A stretch of 64,000 nucleotides of DNA, from NCBI GenBank assembly GCA_036001425.1, contig DASYUI010000002.1, forward strand, positions 2,257 through 66,256, given 5' to 3'. The notes beneath the pieces were generated by a model. The model did not search any database. It worked only from the letters and a program-made list of their open reading frames with translations, and was not told the origin of the DNA. Positions within the stretch are counted from its first letter, which is position 1; each line of letters starts with the position of its first letter. Position numbers and translations under genes: made by a program. Origin of the DNA: Actinomycetota bacterium. Its GTDB lineage: Bacteria > Actinomycetota > UBA4738 > CALAEC01. Positions 45,269-54,753 of the stretch are shown here, one piece after another.

Positions 45269-46573
45269 CTAGATCAGGCGGACCGCCAGCCCGTGCGGAT
45301 CGGCTCGCTCCACGCTCCCGACCACGTGGGAGATGGGAGCCCGGGCATGGAGCGTTCCGGCCATCCCGTTCCGCTCCACCCGGATCACCCCCACCCCGGG
45401 AGTGCTCCCCACCGCGTTGTTCACACCAGGAGCGTTCCCGGTGAGCGGGTTTGGGCCGCGCAGGGTTACGAAGACCCGGCCCCCGCTGGGCGCGATCCCC
45501 ATGAGGTCTGGAGCCGGATCGTCGCTCACCTCGCCGGCCAAAGAGAACTCGTTCACCACCGAGTCGGTGGCGGTATCGACCACCACGATCCGGTTGGCTG
45601 CCCGGTCGGCGGCCCACAGGAACCGCCCCTGCTTGGTCAGCGTGGCGCCGTGGGAGTCGACGAAGCCCCTGGCGTCATGGCTGAAGACGAGGACGGGAGC
45701 CGGAGTGTTCGGCGGGTTGGGGCTGGTAGAGAAGCCCGACATTGGGAAGGTGTACAGGTCGGACTCGAGCGGATTGGCTGGGGTCCCACCGCCCGAGTTC
45801 ACGTACATCTTCCCTCCCGATTCCAGGCCACCGCACCCGTTCGGGTGAACAGTGATTCGGTCGTACTCCGCGACGATGGCCATCGGCGTGGCCGTGCTGT
45901 CCACGACGAACAACCCACCACCCCGGAGGGTGACGAAGGTGAACTGGCTCGTGGCGTCGATGACTGGGCAGATCGGGGCGTTGTCGGGGCGGAGGATGGG
46001 ATCCTCGCAGAGGAAGCCGTTCGGGGTGATACAGGTCGCCAGGTTGAGTGTGGCCGCGGCGTCCAGAGTGAAGGTCCCGGTCGCATAGTCGGTGGTGATC
46101 CTCTGGAGGAGCTTGCCGTTCTGGTTGGCGACCACGACATAGCTTTCGTCATCCGAGGGGAACGCCGCGTGCGCCTGGGCGCCCACGTCGATGCACTCGA
46201 CGGGGGTCCGGCTGGCCGCGTCCATGAACAGCACGTGGCCCGTAGCGACGAACGCGATCACGGCGTGGGACTGAGCTGCATTGAACATCTGCATGTGCGG
46301 CCTTCGCGGGGCGGTTCCCGTCCGCGCCAGGCACAGGTCACGGGCGGCACCACCCAGATCGATGACCTCTGGGGTGGCCGTGGCCGCGTCCCGGCCGGAG
46401 AGACTGTCTCCGGGATAGATGTAGAGCGTGCCCCCGCCGTCCGCAGTCGTGTCCGACTGGTCGATGGCCCAGACCTCGAAGGCGGCCTCATCGGCGGCTG
46501 CGGGGCCCTGAGCTGACAAGCCGGCAGCCACCAGAAGCGAGACCAGGAATCCATGGAGAGCCTTGCGCACCAT
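45269..46573 (-). CDS. Secreted beta-propeller-like protein, function unknown
   Basis: Signal peptide (FLVSLLVAAGLSAQGPAAA). Repeated strand-rich segments (VVVANQNG, FVTLRGGGLFVVD, RIVVVDTATD, RVFVTLRG) suggest a YVTN/YncE-like propeller. Confidence 0.55.
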   Translation of the reverse strand: MVRKALHGFLVSLLVAAGLSAQGPAAADEAAFEVWAIDQSDTTADGGGTLYIYPGDSLSGRDAATATPEVIDLGGAARDLCLARTGTAPRRPHMQMFNAAQSHAVIAFVATGHVLFMDAASRTPVECIDVGAQAHAAFPSDDESYVVVANQNGKLLQRITTDYATGTFTLDAAATLNLATCITPNGFLCEDPILRPDNAPICPVIDATSQFTFVTLRGGGLFVVDSTATPMAIVAEYDRITVHPNGCGGLESGGKMYVNSGGGTPANPLESDLYTFPMSGFSTSPNPPNTPAPVLVFSHDARGFVDSHGATLTKQGRFLWAADRAANRIVVVDTATDSVVNEFSLAGEVSDDPAPDLMGIAPSGGRVFVTLRGPNPLTGNAPGVNNAVGSTPGVGVIRVERNGMAGTLHARAPISHVVGSVERADPHGLAVRLI

Positions 46574-46719
46574 CGTTCCTCCCCGGTCCGTGAGGGCCGC
46601 GAGGCTACTCTTCGGCCTATGGCTTGTAAAGGTCCATCCTCCGTAGCGCCCTCCGTCCCTTTTCGGACTGGGAGGTGCCTTGAGGCGGAGCCGAACCCCG
46701 CGCTAGGCTCGCTCGCACT

Positions 46720-47175
46720 GTGGAGGAGACGCGCCACAAGACGCTCATCCTGATCCTCGCCCGGGAGCTCGCCACCAACCTGGCCACACCGGTGTTCGTG
46801 GTCGACCCCGAGGGCACGCTGGTCTTCTACAACGAGGCCGCCGAGGGCATCCTCGGTGAGCCGTTCGGCGTCGTTGGTGAGCTCACCAGGGACCAGTGGG
46901 TCGCCATGTTCCCGCCCGAGGCTCCCGACGGAACACCCCTCTCCCTCGAGCAGCTTCCGCTGATCCGCGCGCTCGGAGATCACACCCCCGTGCACGACCA
47001 CATCCGGATCAAGGGACGGGACGGGATCGTTCGGGATATCGCCGTGACCGCTTTTCCCCTCCTCGTCGGAGGAGAGGAGTTCGCGGGAGCGGTGGCCATC
47101 TTCTGGGAGCACTCGCCTGCTGAAAGCCCCCCGGGACCCGCCGGCGCCGGGCCGGGCGGGGACGAAGTGGACTGA
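46720..47175 (+). CDS. PAS-domain protein
   Basis: TPVFVVDPEGTLVFYNEAAEGILGEPF...RDGIVRDIAVTAFPLLVGGEEFAGAVAIFWE has a PAS-fold pattern. GTG start. Confidence 0.65.
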   Translation: MEETRHKTLILILARELATNLATPVFVVDPEGTLVFYNEAAEGILGEPFGVVGELTRDQWVAMFPPEAPDGTPLSLEQLPLIRALGDHTPVHDHIRIKGRDGIVRDIAVTAFPLLVGGEEFAGAVAIFWEHSPAESPPGPAGAGPGGDEVD

Positions 47176-47178
47176 GCC

Positions 47179-48033
47179 GTGCACATCCGGGTGTGGGGCT
47201 GTCGCGGGTCGCTGGCGTCACCCGGCCCCGAGACCATCCGGTACGGGGGAAACACATCCTGCGTCGAGGTTCGGCTCGACGACGACACACTCATCATCCT
47301 CGACGCGGGGACGGGGATCCGCCCGCTGGGACTATCCCTCCTGTCGGACCCGCCGCCGACGGTGCACCTGTTCCTCAGCCATCTCCACCTCGACCACCTG
47401 GAAGGATTGGGCTTCTTTCTTCCCGTATGGCAACCGGGGGCGGACCTTCACATCTGGGGCCCGCCCTCCCCCGTGCGAACCCTGGAGCAGCGGGTGGCCC
47501 AGTACTTCTCCCCGCCCCTGTTCCCCGTGCACCTCAGCGAGATCCCGGCCCACCCAAAGTTCCACGACGCACCCGAATCAGAGGTACGCATCGGGAGCGG
47601 AACCGTCCTGTCGGAGCCCATCGCCCACCGCGGGCCGACCGTCGGCTGGCGGATCTCGGAGAACGGCCGATCCTTCGCCTACCTCACCGACCACGAGCCG
47701 GCGCAAGGAGTGGACCTGGGTTCGATGAGCCCGGAATGGATCTCCGGCTATCAGGTGGCCCGGGAGGCCGATGTCCTCTTCCACGATGCGCAGTACACGG
47801 CCGAGGAGTACCTGGAGCGGCAGGGATGGGGGCACTCCAGCGTGGACGACATGGTCGCCTTCGCCCTGGCCTGCGGCGTGAGGCGACCGGTGATGTTCCA
47901 TCACGACCCCCTGCACACCGACGAAAACCTAGAAGCGATGCGGGCACACGCCCGGGCCCTGTGGGAGGGCGACGGCGGCCCGGGCGAGGGGCCGGATCTC
48001 GCCCATGAGGGGATGGAGCTCGACCTGAGCTAA
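47179..48033 (+). CDS. MBL-fold metallo-hydrolase
   Basis: IRVWGCRGS..YGGNTSC..ILDAGTG..LFLSHLHLDHLEGLGFF contains the HxHxDH motif. The start is 4 nt after the PAS gene. Confidence 0.8.
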   Translation: MHIRVWGCRGSLASPGPETIRYGGNTSCVEVRLDDDTLIILDAGTGIRPLGLSLLSDPPPTVHLFLSHLHLDHLEGLGFFLPVWQPGADLHIWGPPSPVRTLEQRVAQYFSPPLFPVHLSEIPAHPKFHDAPESEVRIGSGTVLSEPIAHRGPTVGWRISENGRSFAYLTDHEPAQGVDLGSMSPEWISGYQVAREADVLFHDAQYTAEEYLERQGWGHSSVDDMVAFALACGVRRPVMFHHDPLHTDENLEAMRAHARALWEGDGGPGEGPDLAHEGMELDLS

Positions 48034-48072
48034 CCCGCTCTCTCGAGCCCGAGTCGCGCCCGCGCGCCGCGC

Positions 48073-49758
48073 CTACACCCGCGCCCCGTAGATGTTCTGG
48101 TCCAGCCCTCCCTGGTCGAGGCAGGTGTTGCCGATGGTCGGAGACGAGTAGGAGGGGGCGTCGATATCGTTTGGCACGTACGTGCACGGTTGGTAGACGT
48201 CGAACTCATCCCCATCGTCGTCGTCACCGACCTCTCGCGGATCGTCACCGCGCACGAGGTCCCGCGAGTCCGTCCACACCACGTGCACCGCCCCGGGGAC
48301 CGCGGAGACGTACAGGTAGTCTCCCCAGAACCCGACCCTGCGGGAGCCATGCGTCTCCCAGCCGAAGTTGCTTCCGTGGCTGGAAACCTGGGTCTCGGTC
48401 CAGCTCACGCCTCCCGACGAGCGGGCGATGAAGGCGTTCACTCCGTCCCCCGAGTTCACACCGTCGGCGTCGTTGCCCGGCGGACGGTCGGGCGAGTAGG
48501 CGTCGTCCGCCCGGGAGTCGTAGAAGATCGCCGTCAGGATTCCTCCGGCCGAGGCCACGTCCGGAAACCACTGGTGCCCCCGGGGCTCCGAGTCGATCGT
48601 CGTGGGAGCGGTCGGCCAGCTCACTCCGTCGGGGGAGTTGCGGACGAAGATCTTCGCCTGGCCGCCGGCCCTCTCGGCCGCGTACACGACGTGGACGCCG
48701 GTCGCATCTGCGGCCACGGCCGACGAGCTGAAGAACCGCGAGTACGTGAACCCCGTGGGGCAGGCGAAAGGACCGTCCCCGCAGTCGTAGAACCCATTCC
48801 CGGAGAACTGATTCGAGTCGAACGACTGGATGGTGGCCACGTGGGCGGGGGCTCCGAACGACACGCCTCCGTTGGTCGACTTGAGCAGCCAGATGTCCCA
48901 GGTGGGGCGGGACGAGGACGGGTAGGTGAGATACGTGAGATACACCGCTCCGTTCGGCCCCACCGCCAGGTCGGCGAAGGAGGCGGTCCCGTGCTCCTTC
49001 GGGGTGACCTTGTACGGGCGGGAGAAGCTCAGTCCGTGGTCGGTGGACCGTGAGAAGAGCACCGCGTTGGTCGGGGCGAAGCCGTCGTACTGCGACCAGG
49101 CCACGTAGACGTTGCCCGATGTCGCGGGGCCGCTCGTCTGATCCACGGTCAAGTTGATCTTGTCCTGGAAGAGGCCGGTCAGGAACAGCCCCGAAGGCGT
49201 CCCGTCCTTGACCAGGACGGTTCGGTCGTACGCCGCTCCGTGGTTCAGGTATCGGGCCACGTACACCCCGCCGTTCACCGGGCTCGATCGGTTGAAGCAG
49301 ATGAACGCGTAGAACAGACGCCCGGAGGTATCGAAAGACTGGGACGGGTCTCCCGCCGCCGCGCACTTGCCGTGAAGCGGTGAGGCCCGTCCGGCGGCGG
49401 ACGAGTCGTTGGGGTATCCGGGAAGGAGGCTGAGCGACCAGGTCCGGCCGGCGTTCGTCGAGCGGTAGTACCCCGCCCACACCTCGCCGTTCACGATGGC
49501 CGCGCAGTAGTCGTTGGCGCCGGCAACGACGATGTCCGTGTTCGCCGGATCCACGGCCACGGTGGGCTCGTTCTGCTGCCTGCGACCGGTGCTGCAGCGA
49601 GCCATCGTCGTATCCGTGCCGCCGTCGGAACGGCGGTACGCCCCGGCATGGTCGTCCGCGGTGATGAGCCTGTCTCCCGAGGGCGGGGCCGCCGATCCAG
49701 GGGACGAGAGGACCGTCAAGAAGAGAACGAGGGGCAAGCCAAGGAGCCGAAACTTCAT
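48073..49758 (-). CDS. Secreted BNR/Asp-box repeat (sialidase-fold) protein
   Basis: The ATG at 49758 follows GAGGAGGAGG. Signal peptide MKFRLLGLPLVLFLTVLSSPGSA. Four Asp-box motifs are present: STNAGRTWS, STDHGLSFS, STNGGVSFG and SSGGVSWT. Confidence 0.7.
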   Translation of the reverse strand: MKFRLLGLPLVLFLTVLSSPGSAAPPSGDRLITADDHAGAYRRSDGGTDTTMARCSTGRRQQNEPTVAVDPANTDIVVAGANDYCAAIVNGEVWAGYYRSTNAGRTWSLSLLPGYPNDSSAAGRASPLHGKCAAAGDPSQSFDTSGRLFYAFICFNRSSPVNGGVYVARYLNHGAAYDRTVLVKDGTPSGLFLTGLFQDKINLTVDQTSGPATSGNVYVAWSQYDGFAPTNAVLFSRSTDHGLSFSRPYKVTPKEHGTASFADLAVGPNGAVYLTYLTYPSSSRPTWDIWLLKSTNGGVSFGAPAHVATIQSFDSNQFSGNGFYDCGDGPFACPTGFTYSRFFSSSAVAADATGVHVVYAAERAGGQAKIFVRNSPDGVSWPTAPTTIDSEPRGHQWFPDVASAGGILTAIFYDSRADDAYSPDRPPGNDADGVNSGDGVNAFIARSSGGVSWTETQVSSHGSNFGWETHGSRRVGFWGDYLYVSAVPGAVHVVWTDSRDLVRGDDPREVGDDDDGDEFDVYQPCTYVPNDIDAPSYSSPTIGNTCLDQGGLDQNIYGARV

Positions 49759-49963
49759 CGGGACCTCCTCCTCTTGGGGAACAGTGGCTCGACCGTACCG
49801 CTCTGAACGGGACCAGCACAAGGCGGCCGGGCCGGCCGTAGCGGGCCCCGACCAGGCGAGAGCGGTATCGTGCCGGATCCGCTTCTGCATCGCGGACCAG
49901 GAGCGCGCGGAGCGCGAAGCTTCATGACGGCGCCCCGCCTTCCCGCAAGATAGAGTCCGGCGG

Positions 49964-51001
49964 ATGACTCTCCCCATCCGCCCGCCGCTCGAGCCGATGC
50001 TGGCTCGGTCGGAAGAGGAGATCCCCAAGGGCGACGGGTGGCGGTACGAACCGAAGTGGGACGGCTTCCGCGCCATCGCGTTCCGGGATGGCGCCCACAT
50101 GACCATCGGGAGCCGGGGGGGCAAGACCCTCGAACGCTACTTCCCTGAGCTCGTGGCGGCCCTGGCTGAGGCGCTGCCCCGGCGCTGCGTCGTCGATGGG
50201 GAGATCGTGGTGGCCTGGGATGGCGTGCTCGACTTCGAGGTGCTCCAGCAGCGCATCCATCCCGCCGACTCGCGTGTCCGGAAGCTGGCCAAGGAGACGC
50301 CCTCCTCCTATGTCGCCTTCGACCTCCTCGCGGAGGGGTCCCGCGACCTCCGAGCAGAGCCGCTCTTCAGGCGGTGGGACCGACTCACCAGGATCCTCGA
50401 GCCCAAGCCGACCGGGCGAACCATGCGGGCCATCTTGGCCCCCCATACCCGCGTGGTCCTCACGCCCCAAACCACGCACGCTCTGGAGGCCACTCGGTGG
50501 TTCGACGAGCTGGAGGAGGCCGGGCTGGACGGCGTGATCGCCAAGCGCGACGACCTCACCTACCAACCGGGCAAGCGGGTGATGGTGAAGGTGAAACACC
50601 AGCGGACCATCGACTGCGTGGTCGGCGGGTACCGGATCCACAAGTCCGGCCGGGGGGTTGGCTCACTCCTGCTGGGGCTCTACGACGAGAACGGCATCCT
50701 CCACCAGGTGGGGGCCTCCGGAGCGTTCTCGATGGCGGACCGCCTGGCCATGCTGGACATGTTGCGTCCCCTGGAGGGGGGCCAGGCATTCGAGGGCGGG
50801 GCGACGCTCGGCGGCCCCAGCCGGTGGCGGGCACAGGAGAAGGACTGGATCCCGGTGGAGCCGGCCCTCGTCTGCGAGGTCGCGTACGACCATTTCCAGG
50901 GGGGACGCCGGTTCCGTCACCTCGCGCAGTTCCTGCGGTGGCGACCGGACCGGAAGCCCCGGTCCTGCACCTTCGACCAGGTCTCTGAACGCCGGGGCTA
51001 G
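49964..51001 (+). CDS. ligC: ATP-dependent DNA ligase (LigC type, ligase-only)
   Basis: EPKWDGFRA is adenylation motif I with the catalytic Lys. GEIV, FDLL, LDGVIAK and VKVK are also present. At 345 aa it has no primase or nuclease domains. Confidence 0.85.
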   Translation: MTLPIRPPLEPMLARSEEEIPKGDGWRYEPKWDGFRAIAFRDGAHMTIGSRGGKTLERYFPELVAALAEALPRRCVVDGEIVVAWDGVLDFEVLQQRIHPADSRVRKLAKETPSSYVAFDLLAEGSRDLRAEPLFRRWDRLTRILEPKPTGRTMRAILAPHTRVVLTPQTTHALEATRWFDELEEAGLDGVIAKRDDLTYQPGKRVMVKVKHQRTIDCVVGGYRIHKSGRGVGSLLLGLYDENGILHQVGASGAFSMADRLAMLDMLRPLEGGQAFEGGATLGGPSRWRAQEKDWIPVEPALVCEVAYDHFQGGRRFRHLAQFLRWRPDRKPRSCTFDQVSERRG

Positions 51002-51129
51002 CGCCGGGCGATCAGTCTCCCAGGGAGTAGGTGTCACCCTCGCTCGTGCGGTCCAGTCTGGGGGTTCGCTCGCTGCCCACCCCGGACCCCGCCATGGTTC
51101 CCGGGCTGGCTGCCCGCAAACCCCCGCGG

Positions 51130-51588
51130 TCACCCGAGGAAGATCTCCGTGACCCATACTCGGCCTCCGGATCGCACCACTCCCACCCCAATCTTCGTGA
51201 ACGCTCGGCTCAGGATGTTTCGCCGGTGGGGCCGGCTGTCCATGAGCGCCCGGTGAACTGACCGGACCGTCCCCCCCACGCCGACGTTCTCACCGATCGC
51301 ATCCCACTCCCACGACGAGAGAAGGCACGACAGGCAGGAGTGATGGAAGATCCACCCTTCCTCGGCCATCCGCGCGCTATGGCGGTGCGCCTTCCGAGAG
51401 AGGGATTGGCTGAGCAGGAGCCGGGGACGGTCCCGCCTCTCCCGAGCCTGATTGACGAGGAGGAAGAGGCTCTCCTCCGAGCTCGTGGTGGCTTGCGCGG
51501 GCGAGGCGGCGGGCCCTCCTGCAATGAGGAGCGCGGCCACCATCGCCACCACGGCGGTGCGGGCGGAGCGGGAACGCGACGCATCCAC
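51130..51588 (-). CDS. Secreted CAP/SCP-domain protein
   Basis: Signal peptide followed by LVNQARERRDRPRLLLSQSLSRKAHRHSARMA...GENVG...ALMDSRPHRRNIL...IGVGV. Confidence 0.75.
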   Translation of the reverse strand: MDASRSRSARTAVVAMVAALLIAGGPAASPAQATTSSEESLFLLVNQARERRDRPRLLLSQSLSRKAHRHSARMAEEGWIFHHSCLSCLLSSWEWDAIGENVGVGGTVRSVHRALMDSRPHRRNILSRAFTKIGVGVVRSGGRVWVTEIFLG

Positions 51589-51761
51589 GGCGGCCTCCCT
51601 TGTCGGAGGGGGCCACCGAAGCTAGCGGGGGGTCCTGGAACCCGGTAGTCGTCTTTTCCTCTCCGGTGGACCGGGCACTGGCGAGCGCGCGACAGACCAG
51701 AGAGCCACGGCTGGTGCGGGAGGTCTGGAAGCCTAGCTCAGCCGGGGGTCGGCCGGGTGGG

Positions 51762-52397
51762 TCAGCCGTCCAAGCGCCGGGCCACCCGGGTCAGATCACG
51801 AACGAAGAGCCGGTGCTGCTCCCGGCGCTCCTCGTCCGGCGCCCTGATCACGGCGGAAGGATGGACCGTGGCCGTGATCTCCGGGCCCAGGTCGGACGGG
51901 AAGAAATCCCCGCGTTGCCTGGTGATCCGGAACCCCCGGCCGAGGAGGGCCTGTGCCGCCGTCGCCCCCAGGGCCACGATGAGGGCCGGCTTCACCACGG
52001 CGACCTCGGCTTCCAGCCAGGGGCGGCAGGCGGCGATCTCCTCTGCGTTCGGTGTCTTGTGGATCCGCCGCTTCCCCCGAGGAGTGAACTTGAAGTGCTT
52101 GACCACGTTGGTCACGTACACCGTCTCCCTGTCGATACCGGCCTCCTCGAGAGCCCGGTCGAGCTCCCGCCCGGCCGGCCCCACGAACGGCGTGCCGCGG
52201 CGGTCCTCCTGGTCACCTGGCTGCTCGCCGACCAACATGACCTCGGCCCGAGTGAGCCCCTCCCCGAACACGGTCTGGGTGGCGTTCCGGTAGAGACCGC
52301 ACCCCCGGCACCCCGCGGCGGCCTCCCGGAGGCCGGCCAGCGACGGGCGGGCCGGGATGAGCGATCGGGCGTCGGTAGGGTCCTCCGTCTTGGGCAC
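51762..52397 (-). CDS. udgX: Family-4-related uracil-DNA glycosylase of the UdgX type
   Basis: CRGCGLY, GEQPGDQEDRRGTPFVGPAG, the insertion FTPRGKRRIHKTP (KRRIH loop) and VHPSAVIR are present. The GTG start at 52397 lies 6 nt after GGGGAGG and gives 211 aa. Confidence 0.75.
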   Translation of the reverse strand: MPKTEDPTDARSLIPARPSLAGLREAAAGCRGCGLYRNATQTVFGEGLTRAEVMLVGEQPGDQEDRRGTPFVGPAGRELDRALEEAGIDRETVYVTNVVKHFKFTPRGKRRIHKTPNAEEIAACRPWLEAEVAVVKPALIVALGATAAQALLGRGFRITRQRGDFFPSDLGPEITATVHPSAVIRAPDEERREQHRLFVRDLTRVARRLDG

Positions 52398-52760
52398 CAC
52401 CCACCTCCCCCGGACGGGCCCAACTTCCACCCTACCCGCCCGACAGGGTTCCGCTTTCGGCCGCCCCGGTCCTCGCTCCCCCCCGCCGCACGGAGAAGGG
52501 CAGGACACCGGCCCCTCCGTCCCCGGTGCTCTCGCGCCCCCCCGAACGTAGTGCTGGCGCACTAGAACAGTTCGGGAGGAATCCGGACGCTTCGGGACAT
52601 AGGACTACCAGGGGCTAGTCAGTCCGAGGGGGGGCGGAAATCCCCTGACCGGGCTATCCGCTCGGCCGTCCAGCCGACCGATTCCTCTATCGACAAGCGA
52701 GGGAAGCAACCCGCGAGCGGTCGGAGGGACGACCAGCTCCCCTCGGAAGGAAGGAAGATC

Positions 52761-53411
52761 ATGACAGCATCGAGCTTCGGCTTCGGCGAGCGGAAGCACG
52801 AGCGGGTGCGCGAACCGAAGAGTGCGCGCATCGGCTCGAGGCTCGCGCTCACGGCCCTGGTGCTCGGACTCCTCGGCACGATCGCCGGGGTCGGCACGTG
52901 GTCGGCATTCAGTGCGACGACCGATAACTCCGCCAACTCCTTCGCCTCCGGCACCGTTGTCATCGGGGACGACGACAGCGGTTCGGCAATGTTGTCGCTC
53001 TCGAACGCCAAGCCCGGTGACTCCGACGCCGCGTGCATCGTGGTGGACTACACCGGAAGCCTGCCCGCCTCCGTCAAGCTGTACGGCTCGACCGGTGGCA
53101 CGGGACTCGACCAGTACCTGGACCTGACGGTCATTAGGGGGACCAAGTCGAGCGGCTTCGACTCGTGCGGCGACTTCAACCCCGATGGGGCGGACTACAT
53201 CGGCTCGGGCGCAGGTGTCATCTACAGCGGCACGCTTCAAGGATACCCCGGCGGCTACGGCGGAGGCATCGACGACGCGCCCGGTACTGTGGAGACCTGG
53301 ACGACCGGTGAGAACCACGCGTACAAACTCGTGGTCTCGGTCCAGAACAACGGGGCCGCACAGGGCCTCACTGCGAGCCAGGTCTTTACCTGGGAGGCAA
53401 GGAACAACTGA
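52761..53411 (+). CDS. TasA/camelysin-like protein with SipW-dependent-type signal peptide
   Basis: ALVLGLLGTIAGVGTWSAFSATTDNSANSFASGTV is a SipW-cognate signal pattern. It is followed by a beta-rich domain ending VFTWEARNN. Confidence 0.7.
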   Translation: MTASSFGFGERKHERVREPKSARIGSRLALTALVLGLLGTIAGVGTWSAFSATTDNSANSFASGTVVIGDDDSGSAMLSLSNAKPGDSDAACIVVDYTGSLPASVKLYGSTGGTGLDQYLDLTVIRGTKSSGFDSCGDFNPDGADYIGSGAGVIYSGTLQGYPGGYGGGIDDAPGTVETWTTGENHAYKLVVSVQNNGAAQGLTASQVFTWEARNN

Positions 53412-53412
53412 C

Positions 53413-53934
53413 GTGACGGTCGTCGCCCTCCCGACCGTCCGAGGGTCGGCGCGGCGCTGGATCGGGAACGCCGCGCTGACCCTTCTTATCGCGGGCGCCG
53501 TCGTCCTGCTCTCGGTGGGGGTCGGCGCCGCGCTGGGATTCCGCGCTCTGATCGTTCGGAGCGGGAGCATGGCTCCCGCCATCGAGAGCGGGGACATCGT
53601 GGTCACCAGGCTCGTCCGGCCCGATGCTGTCGAGCCCGGCGACGTCGTCTCGTTCCGGGACAGCTCACGCCAGGGTGAGCTCGTGACCCATCGAGTTGTC
53701 GAGGTCCGCCGGGAGGGAGATCGCATTTCCTTCGTCACTCGGGGCGACGCGAACACGGGAGAGGAGCGCTGGTCGATCGATTCGCGCGGGACCATCGGGG
53801 CCACAGTCTTCCGCGTGCCGGGCGGCGGGCACGTGTTGGCTTGGCTCAGGATGCCGTCCGTTCGGACGGCGCTCCTGGTGAGCTCGGCACTGGCCCTCGC
53901 GGTGCTTGCCCTCCGTCGCATCTGGAGCGGATGA
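53413..53934 (+). CDS. sipW: Signal peptidase I, SipW (archaeal/ER-type S26) family
   Basis: VRSGSMAPAIESGDIVV contains the catalytic Ser box. THRVV, FVTRGDAN and a C-terminal TM anchor are also present. The GTG at 53413 lies 2 nt after the upstream stop codon. Confidence 0.8.
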   Translation: MTVVALPTVRGSARRWIGNAALTLLIAGAVVLLSVGVGAALGFRALIVRSGSMAPAIESGDIVVTRLVRPDAVEPGDVVSFRDSSRQGELVTHRVVEVRREGDRISFVTRGDANTGEERWSIDSRGTIGATVFRVPGGGHVLAWLRMPSVRTALLVSSALALAVLALRRIWSG

Positions 53935-53943
53935 GAGGGAATC

Positions 53944-54753
53944 GTGCGCCGCCCGCGTCGCTTGCTTATCGCCACACTCGTGGCCATCGTTGCGTTGGGG
54001 GTCCTCCTCCCTTCCATCGCGGAGGCAGCCGTCGCCGTGGCGGCACCACCGAAATCCATCTGCTTGGGAAAGAAGATCCGCGTGGGTGTCCGCCGGCGCT
54101 TGCCGGGAAAGCGCTGGTTCACCATCAACATCCTCGACCCCTCCAATCGGAAGGTGTGGTCGAAGACCGGCACCGCCACATCCAGGTGGCGGTATTGGAA
54201 GTTCCGGCCCGGGCGGCTCGGGACGTTCAAGACCGTCTACAAGCGGCCCGGCCGGGACAGGACCTTCCGGACAAAGGTCGTGCCGTGCACCACGAGCTCG
54301 GTCCTCCTCGACGACGATTACGGCTCGGCCATGCTCAGATTGTCGAACGCCAGCCCCGGTGACACCGACGAGGGGTGCCTGCGAGTGACCTACGGGGGGA
54401 GCTACGCGCCCACCGTGCGCTTGTACGGCTCCACCAGCGGGACCGGCCTCGACGAGTTCCTGGATCTCACAGTGGTGCGAGGGACGCTCCCGGGGAGCTC
54501 TGCGTCGTGCGCCGCTTTCAGCCCGGACTCCACCGCCTACATCGGCGCCGGCCCTGGGGTCATCTTCCAGGATTCCCTCGAGGAGTTCCCCGACGGCTAC
54601 GAGGAGGGACTGGTGGATCCGGTCCAGGGATCCGAGGAGACGTGGACCAATGGTGAGTCCCACGCCTACAGGTTCGTCGTCACCGTTGCCGACGAGAACG
54701 AGGCCCAGGGCCTGACCGCCGGCCAGAGGTTCGTCTGGGAGGCGAGAGCGTGA
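53944..54753 (+). CDS. Secreted protein with C-terminal TasA-like domain (paralogue of 52761..53411)
   Basis: Ordinary Sec-type signal peptide (LIATLVAIVALGVLLPSIAEA) and a basic domain of about 85 aa. The following segment, LDDDYGSAMLRLSNASPGDTDEGCLRVTYGGSYAPTVRLYGSTSGTGLDEFLDLTVVRGT, closely parallels the upstream gene. Confidence 0.65.
   Translation: MRRPRRLLIATLVAIVALGVLLPSIAEAAVAVAAPPKSICLGKKIRVGVRRRLPGKRWFTINILDPSNRKVWSKTGTATSRWRYWKFRPGRLGTFKTVYKRPGRDRTFRTKVVPCTTSSVLLDDDYGSAMLRLSNASPGDTDEGCLRVTYGGSYAPTVRLYGSTSGTGLDEFLDLTVVRGTLPGSSASCAAFSPDSTAYIGAGPGVIFQDSLEEFPDGYEEGLVDPVQGSEETWTNGESHAYRFVVTVADENEAQGLTAGQRFVWEARA

Noticed and set aside
52605-54663. Long minus-strand ORFs (541 aa and 332 aa) across the SipW/TasA-like locus. 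The same applies at 57029..58567+, 60833..62563-, 34016..35986-, 35544..36923- and 43243..44400-.
   Set aside because: All are antisense or alternative frames of genes with clear family signatures. They show low-complexity R/P/G/A composition and no motifs.
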